Below are positions 17,728 to 28,557 of a stretch of DNA of 28,772 nt, in pieces. Both the position numbers and the translations under genes were made by a program. The stretch lies in IMG/VR virus record IMGVR_UViG_3300025429_000060, positions 1 to 28,772 of that record; one strand, given 5' to 3'. This stretch comes from a virus. Its lineage: Duplodnaviria > Caudoviricetes. The notes under the pieces were generated by a model that saw nothing but the letters and a program-made list of their open reading frames with translations, ran no database searches and had not been told where the DNA came from. Numbering within the stretch: position 1 is the stretch's first letter; every line of letters starts with the position of its first letter.

Positions 17728-19680
17728 TTAAATCCCTTGGGGCAGATATCCGTATTTAGACTTAAAGAACTCTTTATTTTCTTTTGTTGGGTTTGCAGTT
17801 AAATAACTTACTGCATTAGCAGGCGCTGAATTAGCGGGAGCGGTTTCCCCCATAGCGCCGGTTTTTAGCCCCTGCAAAATACGTGGGTACATGCTTGCAG
17901 CAACTTCTTCTGCGGACATGCCTTTGTATTTAGTCATATTCATCGGGTCAGCTAATGCTTTAGTGGCTGCGCCCATAGCCAAAGACATAGCTTGTTTAGA
18001 GAACCCAGCTTCACGATCAGCTTCTTTTTGGTCCATGCGTTGTTGCATGATATCTTCATGTTGTTGCTGTTGGCCCTGTGCAAGTTGTCTACGCATAGCA
18101 AGATTATCTGCTGCGATTTCTTTACGGCCCTGAACAGTTTCAGCACGATTAGCAGAGCTAGTAAGGGTTTCAAGACCAGCTTTGTAAATGCCTGCATTAA
18201 TTTCTTTAGCCTTGGTGGTGTTATCTTGCCAGCCTTTAAAGTCACCACGAGAAAGTGCAATTTGTGCGTCATCTAAAGCTTGCTTAGCTGCCTGCTGCTT
18301 CATCATGTTAATCATGTTTTGCTGCTGGTAGGCTTCTTCGGCGGCACGTTGTTGGTCAACGCGGTTTTGTCCTGCTATTGCAGAGTTAGCCAGTGCATCG
18401 CTTGCACGACCACCACGCATATTGGCTAAGGTATACCAAACATTTTCCAAACCTTGAGCTTTATTAGCGCGTTCGTGTGCGGCATTAGCTGCTTCACGTG
18501 CGGCATCAATTTGTGCTAATGCGTTCTTATGGGTTTCGTAAATTTGTTTACGATCTACCCCATTAGCTTTATCAAATTCAGCTTGGTCCGCTAAGTGGTC
18601 TTTTATGCTTTGAATCCCCATTTCATAGGATTTACCTGCTTCATGGGCTGCATTTACTGCGGCTTCATATGGGTTAACCCATGAGGTAGCCTTTTGTGCG
18701 CCGGGTTGAGCAGCTACGGGAGCCCCGACAGGGGGACGTGCTTGTGGAGCAGCTTGTGGAGCAGCTTGTGGAGCAGCTTGTTGAGCTCCGGGCTGAGCTT
18801 CGGGGGCAATAGCCCCTAAGCCTAATTGAGCCGCATTGGGGCCACCTTGAACACCACGGCCTGCGCCTGCACCAGTTGCAGGTAATGCTGGGTTAGCTTG
18901 AGGGGCAGCTTGTGCTGCCTGTGCCATTTGGTCTGCTTGAACAGCTTGTTGGTTTTGCACGCCCATATTTGGGTCTTTAGCAATTGCCCGCAGATATTCT
19001 TGCTCTTGGGCTTTTAACTGTTCTTTAACACGTTTTACACCGGGGTCTTTTGAAGAGAACAAGTCGGCATAAATATTTTGCTGGTCTGCATTTGTGATTG
19101 GCACGCCCAATGTCAAAGGAGTGCTTGGGGTTTCAGCTTGCTGAACCTTGGGAATCATTGAGTCGGGCAGGTTATCTGCTGCGCCGCCTTCGTCAAAATG
19201 CAAAATTCCACCTTGAGAGAAGTGGAACATATGGCCCGGAATACGGGCGTGCATTAACCCACCACCAGCAGCGTGTTGGGGTGGCATTTGTTGAGGTTGC
19301 TGGGGCATACCCTGTGTAGGTTGCATAGGCTGCATCTGCATTGCACTTGGCTGGTATTGACCGTAGCCTTGGGGACGGAACCCTTGTTGCTGTGCACGGG
19401 CCATCATTGCCTGCTGCTGTCTTGCTTGTTCCATAGCCATAATTTTTTGCTTTAGTTGGTCCGCTACTGTAGGCATGTTAGTAGGGTTTTGCAAGTTCTG
19501 TTGCGTCTGGGCGCTCTGCATTTGTTGCTGCAGGTCATCAAGGGCAATCAGGTCTTTTAGGTCTGAGGGCAAACCCGCAGGGCCCTTAGGTTCTTGCGCC
19601 ACTTTTTGGCTAAGCGACTGCAAACCTTGCTGGCTACCGTAGGCGCTTTCAATATCATTAACAGAAGGTGTACCGAGCAT
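17728..19680 (-). CDS. Putative internal virion (ejection) protein, Gln/Ala-rich
   Basis: 650 aa, SD AAGGA, coiled-coil stretches, AxGG-type motifs, located among the ejection genes. Confidence 0.75.
   Translation of the reverse strand: MLGTPSVNDIESAYGSQQGLQSLSQKVAQEPKGPAGLPSDLKDLIALDDLQQQMQSAQTQQNLQNPTNMPTVADQLKQKIMAMEQARQQQAMMARAQQQGFRPQGYGQYQPSAMQMQPMQPTQGMPQQPQQMPPQHAAGGGLMHARIPGHMFHFSQGGILHFDEGGAADNLPDSMIPKVQQAETPSTPLTLGVPITNADQQNIYADLFSSKDPGVKRVKEQLKAQEQEYLRAIAKDPNMGVQNQQAVQADQMAQAAQAAPQANPALPATGAGAGRGVQGGPNAAQLGLGAIAPEAQPGAQQAAPQAAPQAAPQARPPVGAPVAAQPGAQKATSWVNPYEAAVNAAHEAGKSYEMGIQSIKDHLADQAEFDKANGVDRKQIYETHKNALAQIDAAREAANAAHERANKAQGLENVWYTLANMRGGRASDALANSAIAGQNRVDQQRAAEEAYQQQNMINMMKQQAAKQALDDAQIALSRGDFKGWQDNTTKAKEINAGIYKAGLETLTSSANRAETVQGRKEIAADNLAMRRQLAQGQQQQHEDIMQQRMDQKEADREAGFSKQAMSLAMGAATKALADPMNMTKYKGMSAEEVAASMYPRILQGLKTGAMGETAPANSAPANAVSYLTANPTKENKEFFKSKYGYLPQGI
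18740..18780. repeat. 12-bp tandem repeat (GCTTGTGGAGCA) x3.4, encoding QAAP repeats
   Basis: Read directly from the sequence. Confidence 0.9.
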
Positions 19681-19692
19681 GATGTGTCCTTA

Positions 19693-22600
19693 TTAACCGC
19701 CAGCTTTGCTAAAGGTATTGTAAAGATTGCCTAAACCACCAACAGTCCCAGTAATTTGGCTCAACGGATTAGTATTCGTCGTATTAGCGTACGTAGAAAT
19801 TGGCAGACCTTGCAGCATGCTTTGTTGGAATTGCAGCTGTTGATAGGGGTACTGAGCCTGTTGTTGGAATTGATTGTACGCAGCCGTATCTTGAGCTTGC
19901 TGGATTTGCTGTTGAGTAGCACCTGCAGTACCCATTGCGCCCAGTGTAGCTAAACCAAAGTTTGCCGATGCTTGATTTGCAGCGGACTGACCTTGCTGTG
20001 CAGCCAACCCATACTGAGCTTGATTTTGCGCGTTTTGCATTTGCTGTTGATAAGCAAATTGATTTGCAGCTTGCTGAGCTTGTTGGGTTGACAAATTGTA
20101 CTGCTGGTTTGCCAGTTGGCTCTGCATATTTTGACCAGAACCCAGACTTTGAATACCCAACAATGCTTGCAGGTTAGTATTGCCCGTGTTGTAGGCCATT
20201 TGTTGGTTGGCTAGATTTGCAGCTTGTTGGTTAGCCGCAGTATTCATGTTGGCTGCTTGGTTGAACTGGCCTTGTTGCAGTCCGTATTGACCCGCCATAG
20301 ATTGGTTAGCCAAGTTAGCTTGCTGCTGCAGTTGGGCATTTTGTAAACCCGTGTTGTAGCCCATAGTTTGGTTAGCCAAGCCAGCTTGCAGGTTAGACGC
20401 CTGATTGAGCTGTTGTGCTTGCAGCCCAGTTTGTGCAGACAGCCCTTGGGTTTGAAGACCAGCGGACAAGTTCTGCAGGTTGGCTTGTTGTTGATTAGCT
20501 TGGTTAGCCAGTGCAGCTTGTTGGCCCAGCGTTGCGCCGAGGTTTTGGGTCTGCATGTTAGCGCCCAAGTTTTGTTGGCCGACAGTTAAACCAGCTTGTT
20601 GGTTGGCTTGTTGTGCTTGCAGGTTGGCTTGTTGTTGTGCGTTGAACTGCTGTTGAGCTTGACTATAGGCAGTGTTGTAACCTTGTCCAATCAAATTGGA
20701 CATAGCCATTTGGTCAGATTGGTTTTCCAAAGCATTTTGTACATCCGCACGGCTACCGCCAAAAGCCCCAGCTTGAGTTTGTGCTTTCAAGTTATTGAGG
20801 TGGCTAATGCCTTGTTGCTGTTGGAGCAGCGCAATTTGTGGGTCTAAAGACTGCTGCAGGTAGGGGTTCATGAACTGCTGCGCAGTTCCGGCAGACGTAA
20901 AGTCTTGTGTGCCAACTTGCGAAGCAGGGCCCATTTGGTAGTTTTGCAGGCTGGGGCCGTTTACATTTTGAGCCGCCTGCATAGATAAGTTATTTAAACT
21001 TGGGGCGTTTACCTGTTGAGCATTTACATTTGAAGGTTGGTTAAACCCTGCAGCATTAACCGTAGGTGCGTTGCTCATTTGAGCAGCTTGCGCTTGGACC
21101 CCATTAATGCTTTGGGGCTGCTGCATTTGGTAGTTCTGCAGCTGTGGTCCGTACACAGACTGCATGTTGTATTGCCCTTGGTTATAGGCTCCGGGGGCTT
21201 GATACTGATTAGTGAACTGCGTGGGTTGCAGGCCAGTTTGGTACAACTGAGACAAGCCAGCGGCTTGTTGGTTTTGCAAGTCCGAAGGGCCAGCAGCCAA
21301 TTCACCTTGATACACAGGCATCGACTGGTTGCCCAGCGCCTGAGCCTGCCCCAGCATTTGGGTTACATAATCACCAGCCCAAGGGGACAGGGTAGAGGAA
21401 GTCGAAGTGCCAGCCGAAGGGCTGCTAACTGAGTCACCAGTTGCAAAGTGTTTAACTGTGCCACCTTCTGCGTAGCCTGCAATACCGCCGGGGGTGAACT
21501 TATCAGGGTTAATACGCTTGCCTTGGCGCTTAGTGCCCGTGCGGGCCATACGTACTTTGTCCATCATCTTGTAGAGTTGCTCTGCGCCAGCGTCAGAGTT
21601 GCCGTTGCCTAGATGAGATACAACGTCTGCAGGAACCACGAATTCACCGTGGCTAAGCAGGGCTGGGTCTTTACCGTCGATTGATGTTGGAATTTGGTCG
21701 GCCATCCCGTCAGTCGTACCTTGCAGATACCGTGGGGTTTGCGCCGAGCCACCATCAGCATACCCCATAACCCCACCTGCAGCGTGGCCTATTTGACTAG
21801 TACCGTAAACCGATGCACGTTGGGATTCAGGAGAAATAGTACCGGGGGTGCTATCTGGCAGCAGATGGAACTGCACCATCAAGTCGTGTGCGGCTTGGGC
21901 AATAGGACCACGTTCTTCCGGTTGGTTGTATTTAGGAGTTGGGTAAGCTGCATTAAACGCAGCCACTGCTTCTTCGTGTGTAGGGTAACGGTCTTTATCT
22001 GTATCACCACCGCCAGCGTAACCCATGATGCCACCAGTAGCGGCTTTTTGTGCCCAAGGCATTGCCATTGCAGGAACCTGTGTTTGTTGTTGGGCTTGCG
22101 CTTGTTGGGCAGCTTGAATTTGAGCTGCTTGTTGAGCGGCAGCTTGCTGGGCAGCGGCTACGCTAGCCGAATCTTGGGGGGTGTACTGGGTATCAGTAAA
22201 GTATTGGCGGCTTTGGCCGGGGGCGGCTGCAGGATTGATTTGTTGACGGGTAGCAGTCAGCTTAGGGATTGAACCTTTATAACCTGCAGTGGTTGTTTTG
22301 TTTCCGCTAGCCAGCGCAGCAAGTGCAGCAAGGCCAGTCAATGCCCCAGCGTTACCACTAATAAAAGAAGCAAGACTTCCATTGCCTGAGCTAAGCCCAA
22401 ACGCTTTTGCAAAACTATCTAATAGGGGATTGCCACTTGTGGCTGTACCACCACCGCCGCCAGCATTAGCGCCTTTACCGCCGTTTTCGTTTGCGCCAGT
22501 ACCTGCAGTAGAGCTTACTTGTGTGTATGTACCGTCTGAGTTAACTTTAATGGTGTTTACGTTACCTTGGCTGTCTTTTTGTGTAAAAGTGCCATCACCA

Positions 22601-22794
22601 TTGTCTGTATAGCCAGAGTTAAGCAAGTCAGAGACACCACCAGCATAGGCATCACTATAGTTAGGATTTATGCCACCAATACCCCCATCTCCTGAAGGGA
22701 TAGTGGAAGAAACTACAGGCGAACTCGAACCGTTATTACCGCTATTATCACTGCCGTATGGGTCAGCGGGGTCAAAAGAACTATCGTCTGCCAT
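19693..22794 (-). CDS. Putative DNA transfer/ejection protein with Gln/Asn-rich repeats
   Basis: 1033 aa. It contains a DGMADQIP...LSHGEFVVPADVV domain, FMNPY...AGAFGGSR and QQANxxN repeats. Confidence 0.75.
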   Translation of the reverse strand: MADDSSFDPADPYGSDNSGNNGSSSPVVSSTIPSGDGGIGGINPNYSDAYAGGVSDLLNSGYTDNGDGTFTQKDSQGNVNTIKVNSDGTYTQVSSTAGTGANENGGKGANAGGGGGTATSGNPLLDSFAKAFGLSSGNGSLASFISGNAGALTGLAALAALASGNKTTTAGYKGSIPKLTATRQQINPAAAPGQSRQYFTDTQYTPQDSASVAAAQQAAAQQAAQIQAAQQAQAQQQTQVPAMAMPWAQKAATGGIMGYAGGGDTDKDRYPTHEEAVAAFNAAYPTPKYNQPEERGPIAQAAHDLMVQFHLLPDSTPGTISPESQRASVYGTSQIGHAAGGVMGYADGGSAQTPRYLQGTTDGMADQIPTSIDGKDPALLSHGEFVVPADVVSHLGNGNSDAGAEQLYKMMDKVRMARTGTKRQGKRINPDKFTPGGIAGYAEGGTVKHFATGDSVSSPSAGTSTSSTLSPWAGDYVTQMLGQAQALGNQSMPVYQGELAAGPSDLQNQQAAGLSQLYQTGLQPTQFTNQYQAPGAYNQGQYNMQSVYGPQLQNYQMQQPQSINGVQAQAAQMSNAPTVNAAGFNQPSNVNAQQVNAPSLNNLSMQAAQNVNGPSLQNYQMGPASQVGTQDFTSAGTAQQFMNPYLQQSLDPQIALLQQQQGISHLNNLKAQTQAGAFGGSRADVQNALENQSDQMAMSNLIGQGYNTAYSQAQQQFNAQQQANLQAQQANQQAGLTVGQQNLGANMQTQNLGATLGQQAALANQANQQQANLQNLSAGLQTQGLSAQTGLQAQQLNQASNLQAGLANQTMGYNTGLQNAQLQQQANLANQSMAGQYGLQQGQFNQAANMNTAANQQAANLANQQMAYNTGNTNLQALLGIQSLGSGQNMQSQLANQQYNLSTQQAQQAANQFAYQQQMQNAQNQAQYGLAAQQGQSAANQASANFGLATLGAMGTAGATQQQIQQAQDTAAYNQFQQQAQYPYQQLQFQQSMLQGLPISTYANTTNTNPLSQITGTVGGLGNLYNTFSKAGG

Positions 22795-22796
22795 GA

Positions 22797-24707
<1,911 letters not shown>

Positions 24708-24710
24708 AGC

Positions 24711-25025
24711 TTAAGGCTTCATTTTTAGCACGTTGTTTGCCGATGTGTCGTAGTAAACGTCCCCACTGCGTAGGTTAGACAAATCCGCCTGTGTTGGCAA
24801 GCTGGAAACGAATTTATTTGGGTTACTCGGATTGGGGTGGGAGAAATTTAAACCAGACTTTACACTGGTCGTTCCAATATTTGACGACGCCGCTACCATC
24901 GGCCCAGCATTATCAATCTGCGTAAAGTACAAGCGAAGTTGGCTGACCAAGTTGTTCATCCACACCTGATCGTATTCTGCAGGGGCACTTTGCAGTCGAG
25001 GCTGCGTTACGTTTGCATTTGCCAT
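24711..25025 (-). CDS. Small virion-associated hypothetical protein
   Basis: 104 aa, SD GGAG, TAATG overlap with the upstream tail gene. Confidence 0.75.
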   Translation of the reverse strand: MANANVTQPRLQSAPAEYDQVWMNNLVSQLRLYFTQIDNAGPMVAASSNIGTTSVKSGLNFSHPNPSNPNKFVSSLPTQADLSNLRSGDVYYDTSANNVLKMKP

Positions 25026-27022
25026 TACGCTCTCCGTCCATCTGGTCTAACGTCCATCCGAGGAATACCAACCTGCCACTGCGTGCCCAGCGTGTTGGAG
25101 CCAAACACCGCTGCAATCTGGCGACCGCGCACCCGAATATTGATCTGTTGGGTGAACTGTTGTGTGCCGTAGAAAGGTGCAGATGTGTAGTCTTGGGTGC
25201 TGGCAACCGTTGGGTAAATAGTGGTGCTGTAAGCAGCGCCGGGGTTTTGACGAGGCAGCAGCGTCATGTACATAGACGGATCATTCACATTGGAGCCGTC
25301 AAACGACACGTCAGGAATCATGCGCCAAGCAAACCCATACTTGTCACCATCACCAATATCGAAGTCGGATGATTGGATGTAAGCATTGATAGGAGAAGCG
25401 GGGTTAGTTGTGCCATCATCCACTCCAGACTCGTGGTAAATCAAATTGCCGCTGGTTGTGCCGCCGTTGCTATATCCCGTTGCCACTGGCAGGCCGCGCA
25501 GGGGGCTGTAAGTCCATGCCGTACGAGCCATCGAGCCGTAGGCCCAAGTGTTATCCACGTAGTTGTAGATCACATAGCTGTCGATCGTGTTTGAGTTTGC
25601 CGAGCAGTAGTACCACCAGACTTCACTGAAGCCCTCATTGGAGCCAGCAAAAATCTGGAACGCTTGCTGCATGTTGATATTCTCAAACACGTATTTACGC
25701 AAGGTACTCGGCAGCGTTTGAACCGTACCGTTGTACATGTAGAACTTGTCAACGCCCATCCAGTAGACGTTGTTGTTTGCCACCACCCGAGCGTTAGGCG
25801 AGACGATGGACACGTTGGAGCCCATGATCTGAAAACCCCACACATACGGTGGCCCAAGGTACTGCATCGAATACAGCGAGGTATCCGACCACACCAAAAT
25901 TTCTTGGCGGGCTTGAACGGCTGTAATGATCGCAGAGCCTTGAGAGAGGCGGTAGTTACCGGCTTGGTTGGTTGCAGCTGGAGTCCACGTCAAAATATCT
26001 GACTGGTCTGACCAAGAGACCAGCATGGGGTCTTGAGTACCGTTGCCGTTGTTATCTGTACCAAACGCAATCACAAACCGAGACTGATCCGAGACAAGCA
26101 CAAAGTTAGCAATCGTCGGGCAATAAGCATCTGTTTTCCAATACTGCGCGTTCCCTGCATCGCCATTGAAATAGTTGGTATTGCTGTTTGAAAGAACTTG
26201 TGCACGGTAAAAGCTTGAGGGCGACGAGGAGGTCACCCAGTAGTACAGCGCCCCGCCACGGGGGTTCATGACCAAGTTTTCACCGTAGTTAGACTGGCTC
26301 CACAAACGCAGCTGGTAGCCGCCTGTAGACTGGCCCCAGCCGGTAGACGCAAAGCCCGGGGTACTGCCGCCCCAACCACCAGCGCCCCAACCCACACCGA
26401 CCGAATACTGAGTCGGCCCAGCGTTTAACTGGAAAGCCCCAACCGTTGAACTGCCACCTGTGCCTGTATCGCTGGAGTTTGCCGCAACCGACATGACCAC
26501 TTGGAACTGCGTATTACTAACGACTTTGGTGATCTGGAACTCAGCGTTGAGGATGGTTGCGGTTACGTTACCGCCCAGACTGGCTGCACCACTGAAAGTC
26601 ACAAATGTGTTCGCTGTAATCGTCAGCGCAGTGGAACTATTAACAGTAAGGGTTGTTGAGCCGTTAGAAGCAGAAAAAGTAATTGCCCCTGCCGAGGTGG
26701 TCGTTGTGATCGGCGTTACGTCATAAAACATGCCGCCGTTGCCGTTTTGAATGTAGTACTTGACGTTAGTACCAATCCCCATCAGGTTGAACCCTGCAAG
26801 GCTGGCCCAGCTGAACAGAGACTTGGCAATACCCCAGTAGCTGCCCGTTGTGGGTTTTAGCGTAGAGGCAGTGACCCCATTATCCGCTGTCCAGCCACCA
26901 AGCTTTTCGGCAACGCCAGAGCGGAAGCGCACATTGTTGCAAGCAAACCAGCCCCCCTTACCACCGAGCGTCGTGATTTCTTTATTGATACCCGGTGAGA
27001 ATTGGAGCTTAATTAGGGCCAT
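25025..27022 (-). CDS. Tail nozzle / packaged-DNA stabilisation protein (P22 gp10 / tubular protein B-like)
   Basis: 665 aa, beta-rich. PGINKE...W...NVRFR...EKLGGW and VSWSDQ...W...TNQAG. It precedes the ejection proteins, as in podoviruses. Confidence 0.7.
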   Translation of the reverse strand: MALIKLQFSPGINKEITTLGGKGGWFACNNVRFRSGVAEKLGGWTADNGVTASTLKPTTGSYWGIAKSLFSWASLAGFNLMGIGTNVKYYIQNGNGGMFYDVTPITTTTSAGAITFSASNGSTTLTVNSSTALTITANTFVTFSGAASLGGNVTATILNAEFQITKVVSNTQFQVVMSVAANSSDTGTGGSSTVGAFQLNAGPTQYSVGVGWGAGGWGGSTPGFASTGWGQSTGGYQLRLWSQSNYGENLVMNPRGGALYYWVTSSSPSSFYRAQVLSNSNTNYFNGDAGNAQYWKTDAYCPTIANFVLVSDQSRFVIAFGTDNNGNGTQDPMLVSWSDQSDILTWTPAATNQAGNYRLSQGSAIITAVQARQEILVWSDTSLYSMQYLGPPYVWGFQIMGSNVSIVSPNARVVANNNVYWMGVDKFYMYNGTVQTLPSTLRKYVFENINMQQAFQIFAGSNEGFSEVWWYYCSANSNTIDSYVIYNYVDNTWAYGSMARTAWTYSPLRGLPVATGYSNGGTTSGNLIYHESGVDDGTTNPASPINAYIQSSDFDIGDGDKYGFAWRMIPDVSFDGSNVNDPSMYMTLLPRQNPGAAYSTTIYPTVASTQDYTSAPFYGTQQFTQQINIRVRGRQIAAVFGSNTLGTQWQVGIPRMDVRPDGRRA

Positions 27023-27031
27023 AGTGCTTTT

Positions 27032-27628
27032 TTAGGCTGTCAGTACACCGAGCGCAGTGTCCATCTTAGCAACTCGATCTTCGAGCCCAAGGTTACCACC
27101 ATTGATGCGTTTTGTCATCAGTACGTATTCTTTTGCTTCAGCACATTCATTCAAACCGTGTTTGCGCCAGAACCAGCCAGCAGACAGGCAAGCGCCTTGG
27201 GGAGTCAGCAAAATGTCAGGGTCACGCAGCAAGTCCAGCATCAGAGAGTCGCCGCACAAAGTATAGTTATCCTTGCCAGTCAACTGGATGAGGCCGCGTC
27301 CGTGGTACAACCACCCCTCACCAGACTCTTCGTCGCCGTTGCCCATGCGACCGGCATAGACCTTGTTGGCGATCTTCTCAGGATTATGGGCGTACTCAAG
27401 TGCAGTTTCCATGTCGGGGAAACGGCTGGGCCACACACGCATCAGCGCTTCGGGCTTGTAGTTCAGGTTCTCTTCCAGCGTCTTGAAGTTGCCGGATTCA
27501 TGTTGGCACTGACCAACGAACGCAGCTTGGCGCAGGGGCGTGTTGATATCAAACCGAGCAAAGGTCTCCAGCAGGGGGTCAAACCATTTGGCGTCAATAC
27601 CAAGTTCGTGAAGTTGTTCTACGTTCAT
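27032..27628 (-). CDS. Endolysin, glycoside hydrolase family 19 (chitinase-like)
   Basis: AAFVGQCQHESG..LEENLNY, YHGRGLIQLTGKDNY, SAGWFW, TKRINGG..GLEDR. Confidence 0.92.
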   Translation of the reverse strand: MNVEQLHELGIDAKWFDPLLETFARFDINTPLRQAAFVGQCQHESGNFKTLEENLNYKPEALMRVWPSRFPDMETALEYAHNPEKIANKVYAGRMGNGDEESGEGWLYHGRGLIQLTGKDNYTLCGDSLMLDLLRDPDILLTPQGACLSAGWFWRKHGLNECAEAKEYVLMTKRINGGNLGLEDRVAKMDTALGVLTA

Positions 27629-28089
27629 TGTTTCTCCAGTAGTGAGTTGTAAGCAGCTATGCAGGAATTCAGTTTTTCGATGGCGGCATCGCCTCGTTCT
27701 GTAAGGGAGACAAGAGTTTGAGCAGCTCTTGGGTCAATGTTGCAGGTTCCGGCGTTATCGCTGCTGGCAGCGGAGGAATCACTGGGCACTGGGCTACCAC
27801 AGGAACCAGCGATGTGCAACTGCACAGAACCAGAGGCCAGCTTATCGTTGAGAGCTTTAGAAGCCGCAGCAGCTTTTGTTTGCGTGTCGGCCAGACTGCG
27901 AGAAATGTAGGCAACTGTTTTGTTTCGTTCATCGGTGATCTCCTGCGAATGTTTGTTTGCGGCGTCCAGTGCAGCTTGGGCTACTGCACGTTCTTTATCA
28001 AATTCGGTTTGCTCATGCTCGTAGACCGACACGGCCACGACTACCCAGCTCATGACAATGGCGACCCAGAAGTAGGGGTTAAATATCAT
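27625..28089 (-). CDS. Rz: Rz-like inner-membrane spanin
   Basis: N-terminal TM, periplasmic coiled coil, Cys residues, and C-terminal ERGDAAIEKLNSCIAAY. Confidence 0.8.
   Translation of the reverse strand: MIFNPYFWVAIVMSWVVVAVSVYEHEQTEFDKERAVAQAALDAANKHSQEITDERNKTVAYISRSLADTQTKAAAASKALNDKLASGSVQLHIAGSCGSPVPSDSSAASSDNAGTCNIDPRAAQTLVSLTERGDAAIEKLNSCIAAYNSLLEKQ
27669..27932 (-). CDS. Rz1: Rz1-like outer-membrane lipoprotein spanin embedded in Rz
   Basis: Alternate frame inside Rz, with basic then hydrophobic signal, lipobox-like LVLCS-C and Pro-rich mature part (CPVIPPLP). The exact start is uncertain. Confidence 0.75.
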   Translation of the reverse strand: MNETKQLPTFLAVWPTRKQKLLRLLKLSTISWPLVLCSCTSLVPVVAQCPVIPPLPAAITPEPATLTQELLKLLSPLQNEAMPPSKN

Positions 28090-28376
28090 TTGGGCGTTTC
28101 CTCATGGTTCTGGTTAATAGCAGTAGTGACCATGCCCAAGCCTTTTTCAGAAGCTATACCACCGATAGCGCCCACGATCAGCAGCACAATGTCGTTCAGC
28201 ATCTTGGTATAGGCTTGGTCTATCGGGGCCATTGCCTTCATGGGCTGCTCAACAAAGGTTAGCGAATACAGCATCATGCTGGTAATGCCGACAAACACAA
28301 AGACGATCATCAAGACCACAACGGCCCAAATGCGGATTTTAATTTCTTCCGGCGTCAGGCGGGGGCGGTTGAACAT
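28086..28376 (-). CDS. Holin-like two-TM membrane protein
   Basis: Start reassigned to MFNRPRL (ATG 28376). TM1 IWAVVVLMIVFVFVGITSMMLY, TM2 IVLLIVGAIGGIA. Adjacent to the spanin genes. Confidence 0.55.
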   Translation of the reverse strand: MFNRPRLTPEEIKIRIWAVVVLMIVFVFVGITSMMLYSLTFVEQPMKAMAPIDQAYTKMLNDIVLLIVGAIGGIASEKGLGMVTTAINQNHEETPK

Positions 28377-28557
28377 ATTTTTCGTTGACAGGTGCAACGA
28401 GGTATTCCGGGCACGTCTGGCTGAAGGCGCAAACTGGCCGTTGGCATTGCGCGGCTGCAAAGTTTCTGGGTTCTTGACAGGCGTATCTGGTTCGCTCATA
28501 GCATCCCCCCAAATTAAGACTTGCGATGATGAGCAGGGCGGCTATTAGCTTTCGCAT
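28339..28557 (-). CDS. Small Cys-rich lipoprotein
   Basis: From ATG 28557: MRKLIAALLIIASLNLGG-CYERTRYACQEP...CQRPVC...TC. Lipobox plus four more Cys. Confidence 0.75.
   Translation of the reverse strand: MRKLIAALLIIASLNLGGCYERTRYACQEPRNFAAAQCQRPVCAFSQTCPEYLVAPVNEKYVQPPPPDAGRN

Noticed and set aside
28377-28499. N-terminal 41 aa of ORF 28086..28499
   Set aside because: This stretch lies within the lipoprotein gene in another frame. The start at ATG 28376 is more parsimonious.
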